DNA of 64,000 nucleotides from a virus (IMGVR_UViG_3300014205_000206:20059-84058); one strand, 5' to 3'. Positions 20,385 to 29,679 are shown, counted from the stretch's first letter. Notes: generated from the letters alone by a model not told the origin. Numbers and translations: made by a program.

Positions 20385-20908
20385 GACTGATTGGCCTTTC
20401 CTGACCACTGGAAGCCACACTTGGGGCATTCAAAGTCGGTCTTGATGCTTTCATCGACCGTTCCAAACTCCGCTGGCGGCTCAGGAGGCTCGATGGAGTC
20501 TACCAGGCGCTCGAATTCCTTGTCGGTCCATCCAACCAACTCTACACCGTCTGCTTGCAGCTGCGCCAAAAGCTCATTGAGCGCATGGGCATCCCAGGCG
20601 GACAGGTCGCTAGTCCTGTTGTCCGCGATAGCGAAAGCAATCGCGTCGTTGCCCGTCAACTCGGTCCTAACAATGTCAATGTACTCCCAACCGAGCTTGC
20701 GAGCTGCTTCTAGGGCACCGTTTCCGGCGATGACAACGTCATCCTTACCAACGACAATCGGCTTTTGCTGCCCGAATCGCTCTAGCGATTGGCAAATAGC
20801 AGCGAGGTTTCGTTCCGGATGGATACGTGCGTTTTTGGGGTCGTACTTCAGCGAATCCACATGGACTCGCTCGACAATCAAGGCTGTTTTGGATGTTTGT
20901 TCTGTCAC
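20381..20908 (-). CDS. ParB/Srx N-terminal-domain protein with C-terminal CPKC zinc ribbon
   Basis: LKYDPKNARIH, FGQQKPIVV, VIAGNG, IADNRTSDLSAWD; CPKCGFQW. Confidence 0.85.
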   Translation of the reverse strand: MTEQTSKTALIVERVHVDSLKYDPKNARIHPERNLAAICQSLERFGQQKPIVVGKDDVVIAGNGALEAARKLGWEYIDIVRTELTGNDAIAFAIADNRTSDLSAWDAHALNELLAQLQADGVELVGWTDKEFERLVDSIEPPEPPAEFGTVDESIKTDFECPKCGFQWSGKANQS

Positions 20909-21618
20909 TTTACCTCCTCGTCGTTGGGTTCTAGGGCTTCCGAAAGCATGTCGAAGTAATACTCAGAATACTTACTAACAGTGGCGGATTCTATCGCTTT
21001 TACAACGCTGATCGGAACAACTCCTTTTGCCGCATTCCCAAGCGGCTTGATCGCGATGGCGAACTCATGCGGGTGCATGTTCGCATTTTTCGCGCTTGCA
21101 AGAATGTTGTCATATGCCTCTTTAACCTTAGCCAAGGACGTTACTGGACCAATGATTTTTCCAGGTTTGGTCTTTGTGTCGAAAATGCCAATGTTGGGGT
21201 ATTTAAGCGAATCTTTCAACTTCAACATCGGCATCGGCTGGAATGATTTCTCAGCCGTATCTTTTTTTGTTTGATCCGTGGCCAAACCATCTGGAACGTC
21301 AGAATCCCCGCGCCTAACTACCATTCCATCAGCAACCAATTTACCGTCTTTTCTTGTCGGCATCCACTTCCCTGCGACGGACTTCTTTTTTGGCATATCC
21401 CCCCATCCTTCCGCAACTTCATCGAAGGACACAGTTTTTATTTTAACACCGCTAAATGGGACGTAATCTAGTGCATTTACCCAATTCTCCATCATCTTCT
21501 TTTTCAGTTCGTCTTGTTCAAAAGCCCAATAAAACTTGTTAGCACCAGGATTTGGGGTTGGGCTGTAGATCGGTGTCGCGAAAATCGAGCTTGTAAGTTT
21601 TTTGGTGTCGTCATCCAT
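20905..21618 (-). CDS. Hypothetical Lys-rich protein
   Basis: Start ATG 21618 with GGGAGG RBS; first gene of the leftward operon. Confidence 0.7.
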   Translation of the reverse strand: MDDDTKKLTSSIFATPIYSPTPNPGANKFYWAFEQDELKKKMMENWVNALDYVPFSGVKIKTVSFDEVAEGWGDMPKKKSVAGKWMPTRKDGKLVADGMVVRRGDSDVPDGLATDQTKKDTAEKSFQPMPMLKLKDSLKYPNIGIFDTKTKPGKIIGPVTSLAKVKEAYDNILASAKNANMHPHEFAIAIKPLGNAAKGVVPISVVKAIESATVSKYSEYYFDMLSEALEPNDEEVK

Positions 21619-21644
21619 GGCATTCCTCCCCTTGTACGCCACCC

Positions 21645-21672
21645 ATTATATCTAGTAAATTGCCGAATGCAA
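21645..21672 (-). promoter_or_regulatory. Leftward sigma70-like promoter
   Basis: TTGCAT-16-TATAAT. Confidence 0.6.
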
Positions 21673-21743
21673 CATGTTTTTTCAATAGAAGGCATGGCTA
21701 TAAACAGCCTATTTTCAACGGTTTATCCAAACTAAAATAAATG

Positions 21744-21772
21744 TTTACATTCTGGAGGCATTTATTTATACT
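21744..21772 (+). promoter_or_regulatory. Rightward sigma70-like promoter
   Basis: TTTACA-17-TATACT, then GGAGG RBS. Confidence 0.8.
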
Positions 21773-21793
21773 AGCAAAACGGAGGATTTCTGA

Positions 21794-22195
21794 ATGGGTA
21801 ATAGCACCGTACAGGTCAAAAGATCAATCAAAAAGGGTCGCCCGGCGACCATCGATACCACCAAACCACAAAAACTAACGCTCTACCACTGCACGGCGGA
21901 GTTGAAGCTACAGCTCATCCACGAAGCGGACGAGATGGACTTGCCTCTATCCACGTACGTCTGCATGGCGTTGCAGGGTGCTGGCCGCGAAGTGCGAAAA
22001 GCAGCCGCCATGGAACTGGCCATCGAGATGGAACAAAAGCAAGACCCGACAGTGTCTTACAAGGTCACTCCGGATCAGATCAATGCGTTCGAAGCAGCAT
22101 TGCTGGCCAGCCGCGATGATGACGAAAGTAAGATAGAACAAGACAAGAAAGAAGCCGAAGAGTTGCTGTCGAAAATCGCAGATTACGACATCTAA
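21794..22195 (+). CDS. Putative DNA-binding regulator (ribbon-helix-helix-like)
   Basis: KKGRP, then strand LTLYHC and helices AELKLQLIHEADEMDLPLSTYVCMAL; first gene of divergent unit. Confidence 0.55.
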   Translation: MGNSTVQVKRSIKKGRPATIDTTKPQKLTLYHCTAELKLQLIHEADEMDLPLSTYVCMALQGAGREVRKAAAMELAIEMEQKQDPTVSYKVTPDQINAFEAALLASRDDDESKIEQDKKEAEELLSKIADYDI

Positions 22196-22204
22196 GGAGC
22201 CTAT

Positions 22205-22633
22205 GTGGGAAAAAGCGAATATCCAAGGGTCGAAGACCTGCTGAACAGAATCGAAGAACGGGAACAAATCCATGGGCTGGTCGAGCCCAAACAACGTTCT
22301 GTTGCCAAGTACAAAAAAGAACCGAAAAGCAGGATTGAACGACCGGCGCTCAAGGTGGGTAAGAGGATCGTCTATGCCGTAGGTTTGCATCGATGGAGTC
22401 GCGGCGAGGTAAAGGGCTATGCTCTAGGCATAATTCTAGACTGGAACACCGACAATTCTTGGTGGTATCGAACCCAGCTTATCGTGCAAACGATCAAGGT
22501 ATCCAATCCATCGCTTGAGCATTTGGTTGGTCATCTCAGCGCCGTAGACATTGGCGAATGGGGAGATAGTCCGCAATCGCACATGCCGTTTCTTGTACCT
22601 GAAGAGGGGAATCCAAGTGACTACAAGCTATAA
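22205..22633 (+). CDS. Hypothetical protein
   Basis: 142-aa ORF, AAGGAG RBS. Confidence 0.65.
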   Translation: MGKSEYPRVEDLLNRIEEREQIHGLVEPKQRSVAKYKKEPKSRIERPALKVGKRIVYAVGLHRWSRGEVKGYALGIILDWNTDNSWWYRTQLIVQTIKVSNPSLEHLVGHLSAVDIGEWGDSPQSHMPFLVPEEGNPSDYKL

Positions 22634-22889
22634 AGCAAACGACGACTGGAACAAGCCGGAGAAAAGACCTGCCACACCCATCAGCACCCGCCGGTTGCGT
22701 ACCGAGAAATCGAAAGTAGCTAGAGCATGCGTCGAATGTGGTGAGCCGTTCTATCCATGGAAGTGCGGACCCGGAATCTGCTGCTCGCGTCGATGCCGGT
22801 CGCGTCATAACCTGAAAAAGCGAAGCGCGGACGAGATGGGGACGCTTTACAGACAAGAAAAGCTGGATACGAATGGAGCTAAGCCATGA
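22617..22889 (+). CDS. Small zinc-binding protein
   Basis: CVECG...CCSRRC; GTG start 22617. Confidence 0.6.
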   Translation: MTTSYKANDDWNKPEKRPATPISTRRLRTEKSKVARACVECGEPFYPWKCGPGICCSRRCRSRHNLKKRSADEMGTLYRQEKLDTNGAKP

Positions 22890-23191
22890 AACTGACAGTT
22901 GGTGACATCTACAAGCACGAAGTAATCGGAGAGATCGTCCTTATCGGACACGCCAACGAACAGGGAGGGGTCTGCGATGACTGCACACACGAATTCCTTC
23001 GCCACAGTGGTCATGGCCTCGCAGAAGGATGGACGCTCATCGACAACGTCCGAGCCGAGCTTGAAACCGTCAAAAAGCGAGCCTACATCGTCTGCCCAAA
23101 CTGCAATAAACTCGTAAAGACTAAGTTCGAACACGAAGAAGTCAGCCACCATAACGGTGACTACTACTGGGGATGCACACGCGCAAAATGA
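22886..23191 (+). CDS. Hypothetical protein with CPNC motif
   Basis: ATGA overlap with upstream gene. Confidence 0.6.
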   Translation: MKLTVGDIYKHEVIGEIVLIGHANEQGGVCDDCTHEFLRHSGHGLAEGWTLIDNVRAELETVKKRAYIVCPNCNKLVKTKFEHEEVSHHNGDYYWGCTRAK

Positions 23192-24894
23192 ACGAACCGA
23201 CGACAGTACGAGTTGAACAACCGGTCTACGGAGCGCAACAACTCGTCGCTCGAGCTCCGTACGAATTCCGGTTCAAGCTGGCGGACATACCTGGGGCCAA
23301 ATGGAGCGGCACAAAAAAGGCTTGGACGTATCCTGTCTCACCTACAACCGCCGTCTATCTGGCCGGATTGCTGGGAGACGCGGCATTTCAGGCGGATGCA
23401 GCCGCTATGGCTCTTTTGAATTCAGGGCGATCCAACCATCAGGTCAGCGCGTCCAAGGTGGCGGCGTCCGCCAAGGCTGGTGACCTTGAACCGCTACCGT
23501 TTGAAGTCGTCACGCAGCCATGGGCTCACCAACTCGGCATGGTCCGTTTCACTGAGCCCCTACCAGCCGCGCTATGGAACGTCGGACTTGGCGCAGGCAA
23601 GTCCAGAGCCGCATTGGACTTGATCCGACTTCGAAAGCACGCCAAAACGCTCATTGTAGCTCCACTTTCTGTCGTTCCGTCGTGGGCCGAGCAAGTACGA
23701 CGCCATGCTCCGGGTGCAGTTCGCATCGTTACCCTCAACGAGGGGTCAACCGCATCTAGGGCCAAGAAAGCAGCCGAAGCGTGGGCTCGTGGAACACCCG
23801 AAATGCCGTCAATCGTCGTTACGAACTACGCTTGTGCGTACACACTGGTTTTCTTGCACGCCATGTCGGCGGCGAAACTTGATTTTATGGTCTGCGATGA
23901 GGTGCATGCTATTAAAGCACCTCAAGGGAAGCAGAGCATCGCTCTTTCACGCGCTGCGGTAGGAATTCCGTACCGTTTGGGGCTTTCTGGCACTCCGTTG
24001 CCGAACAGCCCGATGGATGGATACGGCGTATTCCGATTCCTAGACCCCGGAGTGTTTGGAAAGTCGTACGTTGCATTTAGAACCCGTTTCGCCAGAATGG
24101 GAGGTTTTCAGGGCAAACAAGTGATGGGATACCAAAATATCGACGAATTTTCTCGTCGAATCGCCCCATTTACCTATGAAGTGGACCGTTCTGTGCTTGA
24201 TTTGCCTCCATTTACGCATATCGAACGAGTTTTTACGCTCAATCCGGAGGCTGCTGCGTTCTACAATGAACTCAAGAACGATCTAATCTCCACCGTCAAT
24301 GAAGGTGTCGTCACAGCGACCAACGCACTCACCAAACTGCTCCGATTGTCGCAAGTAGCGTCCGGACATGTCGGAATGGACATCGACCCGGCTGATTTTG
24401 ACGAAAACGGCACCGCTCCAGAGCGCAAAATCACCGAAATCCACACCCAGAAGCAGCAACTACTACGTGAAGTGCTAGAAGAGATCGATCCAAAAGAGCC
24501 GGTCGTGATCTTCACTCGCTTTAAGCACGACATGACCCAAGTTCGAACCGCATGTGAAGGGCTAGGCGAAGTTGCCGAGCTTTCCGGATCGGTCAAAGAG
24601 CTTGAAAAGTGGCAAAAACCTGATGGACCGAGGTTCCTTGCTGTACAAATTCAATCTGGAGCCGAAGGAATCGACCTTACTAGGTCGGCGTACTCGGTGT
24701 ATTTTTCGAAAGATTTTTCTAGGAGCCGCTACATACAATCCTTGGCGCGTTCACACCGTCCGGGGCAACACAAAGCGGTCACCTACGTCCATCTAATCGC
24801 AGAAAACACCGTTGACAGGTCAATTATGAAAGCGATGGAGAAAAAAGGTAAGCTAGTCGATGAAGTTCTAGATGAAATCAGAAAATGGTCCTGA
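23188..24894 (+). CDS. SNF2-family helicase with N-terminal HARP-like domain
   Basis: VGLGAGKS, DEVHAIK, LSGTPLPNS, QSGAEGIDL, RSHRPGQ; N-terminal IPGAKWSGTKKAWTYP. Confidence 0.9.
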   Translation: MNEPTTVRVEQPVYGAQQLVARAPYEFRFKLADIPGAKWSGTKKAWTYPVSPTTAVYLAGLLGDAAFQADAAAMALLNSGRSNHQVSASKVAASAKAGDLEPLPFEVVTQPWAHQLGMVRFTEPLPAALWNVGLGAGKSRAALDLIRLRKHAKTLIVAPLSVVPSWAEQVRRHAPGAVRIVTLNEGSTASRAKKAAEAWARGTPEMPSIVVTNYACAYTLVFLHAMSAAKLDFMVCDEVHAIKAPQGKQSIALSRAAVGIPYRLGLSGTPLPNSPMDGYGVFRFLDPGVFGKSYVAFRTRFARMGGFQGKQVMGYQNIDEFSRRIAPFTYEVDRSVLDLPPFTHIERVFTLNPEAAAFYNELKNDLISTVNEGVVTATNALTKLLRLSQVASGHVGMDIDPADFDENGTAPERKITEIHTQKQQLLREVLEEIDPKEPVVIFTRFKHDMTQVRTACEGLGEVAELSGSVKELEKWQKPDGPRFLAVQIQSGAEGIDLTRSAYSVYFSKDFSRSRYIQSLARSHRPGQHKAVTYVHLIAENTVDRSIMKAMEKKGKLVDEVLDEIRKWS

Positions 24895-25676
24895 AATCAG
24901 GCATCTACACGATTCGTAACGTCGTCAACGGGAAGCGATACGTTGGATCAGCCAAAAATCTGACTAGTAGATGGAATGCACACAGAAACGGACTCAAACT
25001 AGGGAAGCACGAAAACTCGCATTTGCAAAAATCATGGAACAAACACGGAGAACCGGCTTTTTTATTTGAAGTTATACTTTTTTGCCAACCCGAACACCTG
25101 ATTTTCTACGAGCAAATATGCATCGATACGTTAAAACCTAAGTACAACATATGCATGACCGCTGGATCTTTGCTTGGTTATAAGCAAACAGAAGAAGTTA
25201 AGGCCAAGATGAGCGAGGCGAGAAAAGGCTGGAATCCAAGCGAATCGGTTAGAGCTAACATGAGTATCGCAGCAAAAGGGAGAAAATTTAGCAACGAAAC
25301 GAAAGCAAAAATAAAAGCTTCTTTGGTCAATTATTGGTCAAATCAACCGGACAGGAGGAAGCAAGTAAGTCAAATGTTTAAGGGTAAAAATCAAAGCGAG
25401 GAAGCTAAAGCAAAAAGGAGTGCGGCAATGAAAGGAAAGAAGCTTAGCGAAGAAACAAAATCTAAGATTAGCGCAGCAAACATGGGAAAGAAGCCAAGCG
25501 AAGAAACTAGAGCTAAGATGAGTGCAGCAAAGAATGGCCATAATCCTAGTAAAGAAACTAGGGCTAAGCTTAGCGCAGCAGGCCGAAAACGCAAGTTTAG
25601 TGAAGAAAGCAGGTCTAAAATAAGCGCAGCAATGTTCGCCAGGTGGGCAAAAAAGAAAGAACTAGCAGCCCAATGA
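24885..25676 (+). CDS. GIY-YIG homing endonuclease with NUMOD3 repeats
   Basis: GIYTIRNVVNGKRYVGSA; repeated SEETKAKMSAA motifs; AT-richer than flanks. Confidence 0.9.
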   Translation: MVLKSGIYTIRNVVNGKRYVGSAKNLTSRWNAHRNGLKLGKHENSHLQKSWNKHGEPAFLFEVILFCQPEHLIFYEQICIDTLKPKYNICMTAGSLLGYKQTEEVKAKMSEARKGWNPSESVRANMSIAAKGRKFSNETKAKIKASLVNYWSNQPDRRKQVSQMFKGKNQSEEAKAKRSAAMKGKKLSEETKSKISAANMGKKPSEETRAKMSAAKNGHNPSKETRAKLSAAGRKRKFSEESRSKISAAMFARWAKKKELAAQ

Positions 25677-25888
25677 CCATCGTCCACAAGTACGACATCG
25701 CCGTCAAGGACGCGCTGGAACCGAGGTTGTGTAAGCGCCGCGAGGCCAGTGAACCGCTACCAACAGACGAAGAACTTGAAAAACGCCTAGAAAGCTGCTC
25801 GACACACTGGCGCAGGGTGACTTGCAAAGAATGCAAGCGCATCGGGGCCAGCCGTGGTGTCAACTTTATCTGGGACCCGTACTCTTAA
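25673..25888 (+). CDS. Hypothetical protein (CKEC)
   Basis: ATGA overlap; 71 aa. Confidence 0.55.
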   Translation: MTIVHKYDIAVKDALEPRLCKRREASEPLPTDEELEKRLESCSTHWRRVTCKECKRIGASRGVNFIWDPYS

Positions 25889-25912
25889 CCGCTTCACAAC
25901 TAGGGGAAAACA

Positions 25913-26443
25913 ATGGAAAGCGTAATCGGAAACTGGTTTCTCACCTACACCGGAAAGAAAGTAGACCCTTTTCGGATGACAGCGGACGATGTGTGCATCG
26001 AGGATATCGCCCACTCATTGTCCCAAATATGCCGTTTCAACGGCCACTGCTGCGCGTTTTACAGCGTAGCGCAGCATAGTATCTACGTTGCATCCATCCT
26101 GCCGCCCGAGTTGAAATTCGTCGGATTGATGCACGATGCCACGGAGGCTTACTGTGGCGACATGATCCGACCCATCAAAGTGTCCATGCCTACCTACAAA
26201 AGTCTTGAATACGTCATCTGGCTAGCTATCGCGCAAAAGTATGACCTGCCAACCGAGCTTCCCAAGGAAGTCAAAGCCGCAGATAACTCCATGCTGATGA
26301 CCGAGCGCCGCGACCTGCTCAAGTGGACACCCGATGACTGGAACGTTCCGGAGCAACCGCAGGATTTTTTCGTCTACCCGAAACCGTCAAGGCAAGCAGA
26401 AGCCAACTTCTTGTCGTTCTTCCATAGGTTGCACAAGCCATGA
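25913..26443 (+). CDS. HD-domain phosphohydrolase (YfdR/5'-deoxynucleotidase-like)
   Basis: IEDIAHSLSQICRFNGH, YSVAQHS, LMHDATEAYCGD. Confidence 0.9.
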   Translation: MESVIGNWFLTYTGKKVDPFRMTADDVCIEDIAHSLSQICRFNGHCCAFYSVAQHSIYVASILPPELKFVGLMHDATEAYCGDMIRPIKVSMPTYKSLEYVIWLAIAQKYDLPTELPKEVKAADNSMLMTERRDLLKWTPDDWNVPEQPQDFFVYPKPSRQAEANFLSFFHRLHKP

Positions 26444-26916
26444 TCTCCGAATTCCAAGGTAAGTACCGATGGTTGTCTAATTTCTGGACGCTCAAAGTCC
26501 CTGTTGAATTCAATGGGGCCAAGTTCTACACGGTGGAGGTGGCTTACCAATCGGCGAAATGCTTACAGATAGAAGATTTCCGATGGATACAGCAGCTATC
26601 TCCCGGACAAGCAAAGCGCTACGCCAGAACCATGGTAGTGCGCGACGACTGGAACGATAGCCGAAAGCTTGAAGTCATGCGAATCCTTGTCTGCCAGAAG
26701 TTCTACAAAAACCGCGAGCTAGCTGAGTTGCTCGTTGAAACTGGCGATCAAAAGCTAGTAGAAGGAAATACTTGGGGAGACCGATTTTGGGGTGTCTGCA
26801 ACGGCGCAGGGGAAAATAACCTCGGCAAAATCCTGATGGAAGCGCGCTATTCACTGATTGAAGACCTTAACCGTGAGTGTGGCAACTTCGCTTTCGCTGA
26901 CTATGGTGACGAATGA
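26440..26916 (+). CDS. NADAR (YbiA-like) family protein
   Basis: YRWLSNFW, TVEVAYQSAK, PGQAKR, LVEGNTWGDRFWGVC, GENNLGKILM. Confidence 0.92.
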   Translation: MISEFQGKYRWLSNFWTLKVPVEFNGAKFYTVEVAYQSAKCLQIEDFRWIQQLSPGQAKRYARTMVVRDDWNDSRKLEVMRILVCQKFYKNRELAELLVETGDQKLVEGNTWGDRFWGVCNGAGENNLGKILMEARYSLIEDLNRECGNFAFADYGDE

Positions 26917-27092
26917 CAGACTACCTAAAGAAATTCGGCCTTTTCATTCTCAAGGCAGCGCTCAAGGCGACCATACTAACACTGCTGTTCAACCTAGTTA
27001 ATTTGATGTTCGAAACGCCGAGTTACCATCTATTCACAGCCTGGGTCGCATCGTTTGCGACACTTGTAGCCCACAACAAGGAGCGACCATGA
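26913..27092 (+). CDS. Small membrane protein (59 aa; not in ORF track)
   Basis: ATGA overlaps at both ends; hydrophobic LFILKAALKATILTLLFNLVNL. Confidence 0.6.
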   Translation: MTDYLKKFGLFILKAALKATILTLLFNLVNLMFETPSYHLFTAWVASFATLVAHNKERP

Positions 27093-27283
27093 GCAATGAC
27101 CGATTCACCCTAGCTGCCATCGACAACCTTCTTGAAAACGGAGCGAAATTCCATTTCGAAGACCCCGTCGTGCAAAAAGAAGACGGAATGGTCGTCGTCA
27201 AAGACAAAGGGAAAATCATGCTGCTTATGTCCGAAACGGCGTGGCAAAAGCTGATTATGGTCCGACGCGATGGCAAAGAATGA
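27089..27283 (+). CDS. Hypothetical protein
   Basis: 64 aa, AAGGAG RBS. Confidence 0.6.
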   Translation: MSNDRFTLAAIDNLLENGAKFHFEDPVVQKEDGMVVVKDKGKIMLLMSETAWQKLIMVRRDGKE

Positions 27284-27639
27284 AAGTCATCGTCTGCGGC
27301 AGTCGCCACATCTCTCCATGGCTGTGGGTGCAAACCGTGAAGCACGAGCTGGTGAAGATGAAGGCGACAGAGGTGGTTTCCGGTGCCCAGCGGGGCGGCG
27401 ATCAGGCTGGTGAAATGGCTGCGAAGCATCTCGGACTCCCGGTCAAGCTGTTCCCCGCCGATTGGGACAAATACGGCTATGCCGCCGGTCCCATCCGCAA
27501 TAAGCAAATGGCGCTCTACGCCGATGCCTGCATCGCTCTACCAGGAGGAGTTGGAACCAATGGTATGGTGCGACTAGCCAAGGAGCACGGGCTCATCGTT
27601 GTTGAATTCGCGAAACTACCTACAGCGGACATCATTTGA
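27280..27639 (+). CDS. SLOG-family protein (YspA/DUF2493-like)
   Basis: MKVIVCGSR, VVSGAQRGGD, FPADW, AGPIRNKQM, PGGVGT. Confidence 0.88.
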   Translation: MKVIVCGSRHISPWLWVQTVKHELVKMKATEVVSGAQRGGDQAGEMAAKHLGLPVKLFPADWDKYGYAAGPIRNKQMALYADACIALPGGVGTNGMVRLAKEHGLIVVEFAKLPTADII

Positions 27640-27646
27640 GGAATCT

Positions 27647-28087
27647 ATGAACGAACTGGAATTTTACAGAGCCGTATTCAACCTTCTAGACGAACAAAAA
27701 GAGTGCATCTCCAGTGAAGATATCTACGTCATTGCCCCCAATAATGGAAAGCAAGTTCGCATTTTCATTATGTGCAGCGATGTTTTCGATTGGGGCACTG
27801 CCGATTCCGACGAGCTAACTCCGGACGATATCGAGCCAATCAAGCAAGCTTGTCGCGACTGCGAAGCTGCTCACCCCGTATTCGGACACATTTGGGGAGG
27901 TATGCTTTGGGCCTCGCGCAAACGCTGTGTCCGACCGCAAGGAGCCATGTGGTCCAGCATCCCAACACCACTCTGGCCACTATTCGAAGCAGCAGCGCCG
28001 GAGCGTCCGGTGAATCTACTCAATCCACTTACGCCGCAACAGGCTGTCGAGCGTAAAGAATCGAAGATGAAGGATAACCAGCGATGA
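27647..28087 (+). CDS. Hypothetical protein
   Basis: ATG 27647 with GAGG RBS. Confidence 0.65.
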   Translation: MNELEFYRAVFNLLDEQKECISSEDIYVIAPNNGKQVRIFIMCSDVFDWGTADSDELTPDDIEPIKQACRDCEAAHPVFGHIWGGMLWASRKRCVRPQGAMWSSIPTPLWPLFEAAAPERPVNLLNPLTPQQAVERKESKMKDNQR

Positions 28088-28410
28088 CCAACGAAAGAAC
28101 CGTACCGAACAGTCCACATCACTACCACACCTACGTGCTCGCATTCGATGAGTTCCGAAACATGTGGCGCTTGAGCGCCAACGGAGTCATCGTGCCGCTC
28201 AACATCCTGTCGCAAGATCACGAAGAACGCTACGTGAAGCTCGGGCAAATCCGAGGCAAGGAAGCCCGCGAGCTGGCGATCCATGTGGCGCGTACTATGC
28301 TAGAGCACACCTACCAGAGCTTCGATCAGGCATCCAAACTAGTTGTGCTAGACGAAAACGGAGAAGTCAACTATACTTTCATTGTGCCGACAACTGCGGA
28401 ACAATACTAA
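28084..28410 (+). CDS. Hypothetical protein
   Basis: ATGA overlap; 108 aa. Confidence 0.6.
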   Translation: MTNERTVPNSPHHYHTYVLAFDEFRNMWRLSANGVIVPLNILSQDHEERYVKLGQIRGKEARELAIHVARTMLEHTYQSFDQASKLVVLDENGEVNYTFIVPTTAEQY

Positions 28411-28448
28411 GGTCATTTGGCTTTCCAGTTTTACGGAGAAATCGACTC

Positions 28449-29024
28449 TTGACCGGCGTTTACGCGATCCTGAACAAAAAAACGGGCCAGCAATATATTG
28501 GCTCAGCCGTGAGCATTAAACGACGATGGCACGCTCACAAATGCACGCTCCGCAAGGGCAAACATAAGAACCGCCAGCTTCAAGCTGCTTGGAATCTGGA
28601 CGGCGAGGCTGCGTTCGAATTCAGGATCATCACGCTTTGTAGCAAGTGGGAAGCGCTGGTGTGGGAGCAGCAAGCCATGGAGACACAGGACTGCTCCTAC
28701 AACATCGCTCCTACTGCCGGGACCACGGCTGGGGTGTCCCTAACTACCGAGACTATCGCCAAGATGAAGGCTGCAAAGGCTAACGTCAGCGATGTCACAC
28801 GGGAGCGAATCAGTCAGTCGATGATGGGGCACGTTACTAGTGAAGAAACCAAGCGCAAGATTAGCCAAGCTACCAAGGGTCGGAAACTGAGCCCAGAGCA
28901 AGTTGCCAAGCGACGCGGGAAGAAAGCTTCTATTGCAACTCGCGAGAAAATACGTCAAGCTCGGCACAAGACGTATCTAACCAAAAACAGACTGTTCGTA
29001 TCACCTACCAAGGAGAGCACATGA
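28449..29024 (+). CDS. Second GIY-YIG homing endonuclease with NUMOD3 repeats
   Basis: GVYAILNKKTGQQYIGSA; SEETKRKISQA; likely TTG start 28449 after GGAG. Confidence 0.85.
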   Translation: MTGVYAILNKKTGQQYIGSAVSIKRRWHAHKCTLRKGKHKNRQLQAAWNLDGEAAFEFRIITLCSKWEALVWEQQAMETQDCSYNIAPTAGTTAGVSLTTETIAKMKAAKANVSDVTRERISQSMMGHVTSEETKRKISQATKGRKLSPEQVAKRRGKKASIATREKIRQARHKTYLTKNRLFVSPTKEST

Positions 29025-29416
29025 CCACGAAGCGGAATCTAAGCGACGAAGCACGCAAGCGCATGGGCGATGCCCGCAGGGGCAAAACGTTGTCGGCGGA
29101 AACAAAGCAGAAGATTAGCGAGGCTATGAAGGGCCATCCAGTGAGCGAGGAAACAAAGCTCAAAATCAGCGTCGGGAACACCGGCAAGATCGTAACCGAG
29201 GAAACCCGGCTCAAGATGTCGTTGGCGCTTGCTGGCAAAAAGCGGACCCCCATGAGCGAGGAGACGAAGGCAAGGATCAAGGAAACAAAGGCTGCTGCGG
29301 CAAAGCTCAAGGAGGCTTCGAAGGGGGATGCCACACAGGCAGAGCCAAGCAAGACTACGGAAGCTGCCGCTGACGCGATCATCGAGAAGCTGAAGGCTGA
29401 GGTAATGGGCGAGTAA
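29021..29416 (+). CDS. Stand-alone NUMOD3-repeat DNA-binding protein
   Basis: Five S/T-(D/A/E)E-(A/T)(R/K)-x-K/R-(M/I) repeats, no nuclease domain. Confidence 0.7.
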   Translation: MTTKRNLSDEARKRMGDARRGKTLSAETKQKISEAMKGHPVSEETKLKISVGNTGKIVTEETRLKMSLALAGKKRTPMSEETKARIKETKAAAAKLKEASKGDATQAEPSKTTEAAADAIIEKLKAEVMGE

Positions 29417-29427
29417 GTAAGGTTGCA

Positions 29428-29450
29428 GGGTGGGAGAGAACGGGGTTGGG
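29428..29450 (+). other. Canonical G-quadruplex motif
   Basis: GGG-T-GGG-AGAGAAC-GGGG-TT-GGG. Confidence 0.5.
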
Positions 29451-29679
29451 CACTCCCACAGTACAAAGCTCAAACTTGGTCGCCGCACGGGAGAGTGGGA
29501 CCCCCTGCCGGGTCACACCCGAAAAAAATCATCGGTCCCCACCCCCACCTCCGGGGGGATAGTTAGCATAATGGTGCGCGTTTTAGCGCCTAATGTGGCG
29601 TCAACTAGTGTAAATACCGCGACGCTAACTATATAACCGAATGGTTATGCAACCTGGTGCATGGCATTGTAAATAGTTG

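Noticed and set aside
24885-25676. GIY-YIG gene as part of a group I intron in the helicase
   Set aside because: The helicase has all motifs and ends normally before it; no intron core seen; treated as free-standing.
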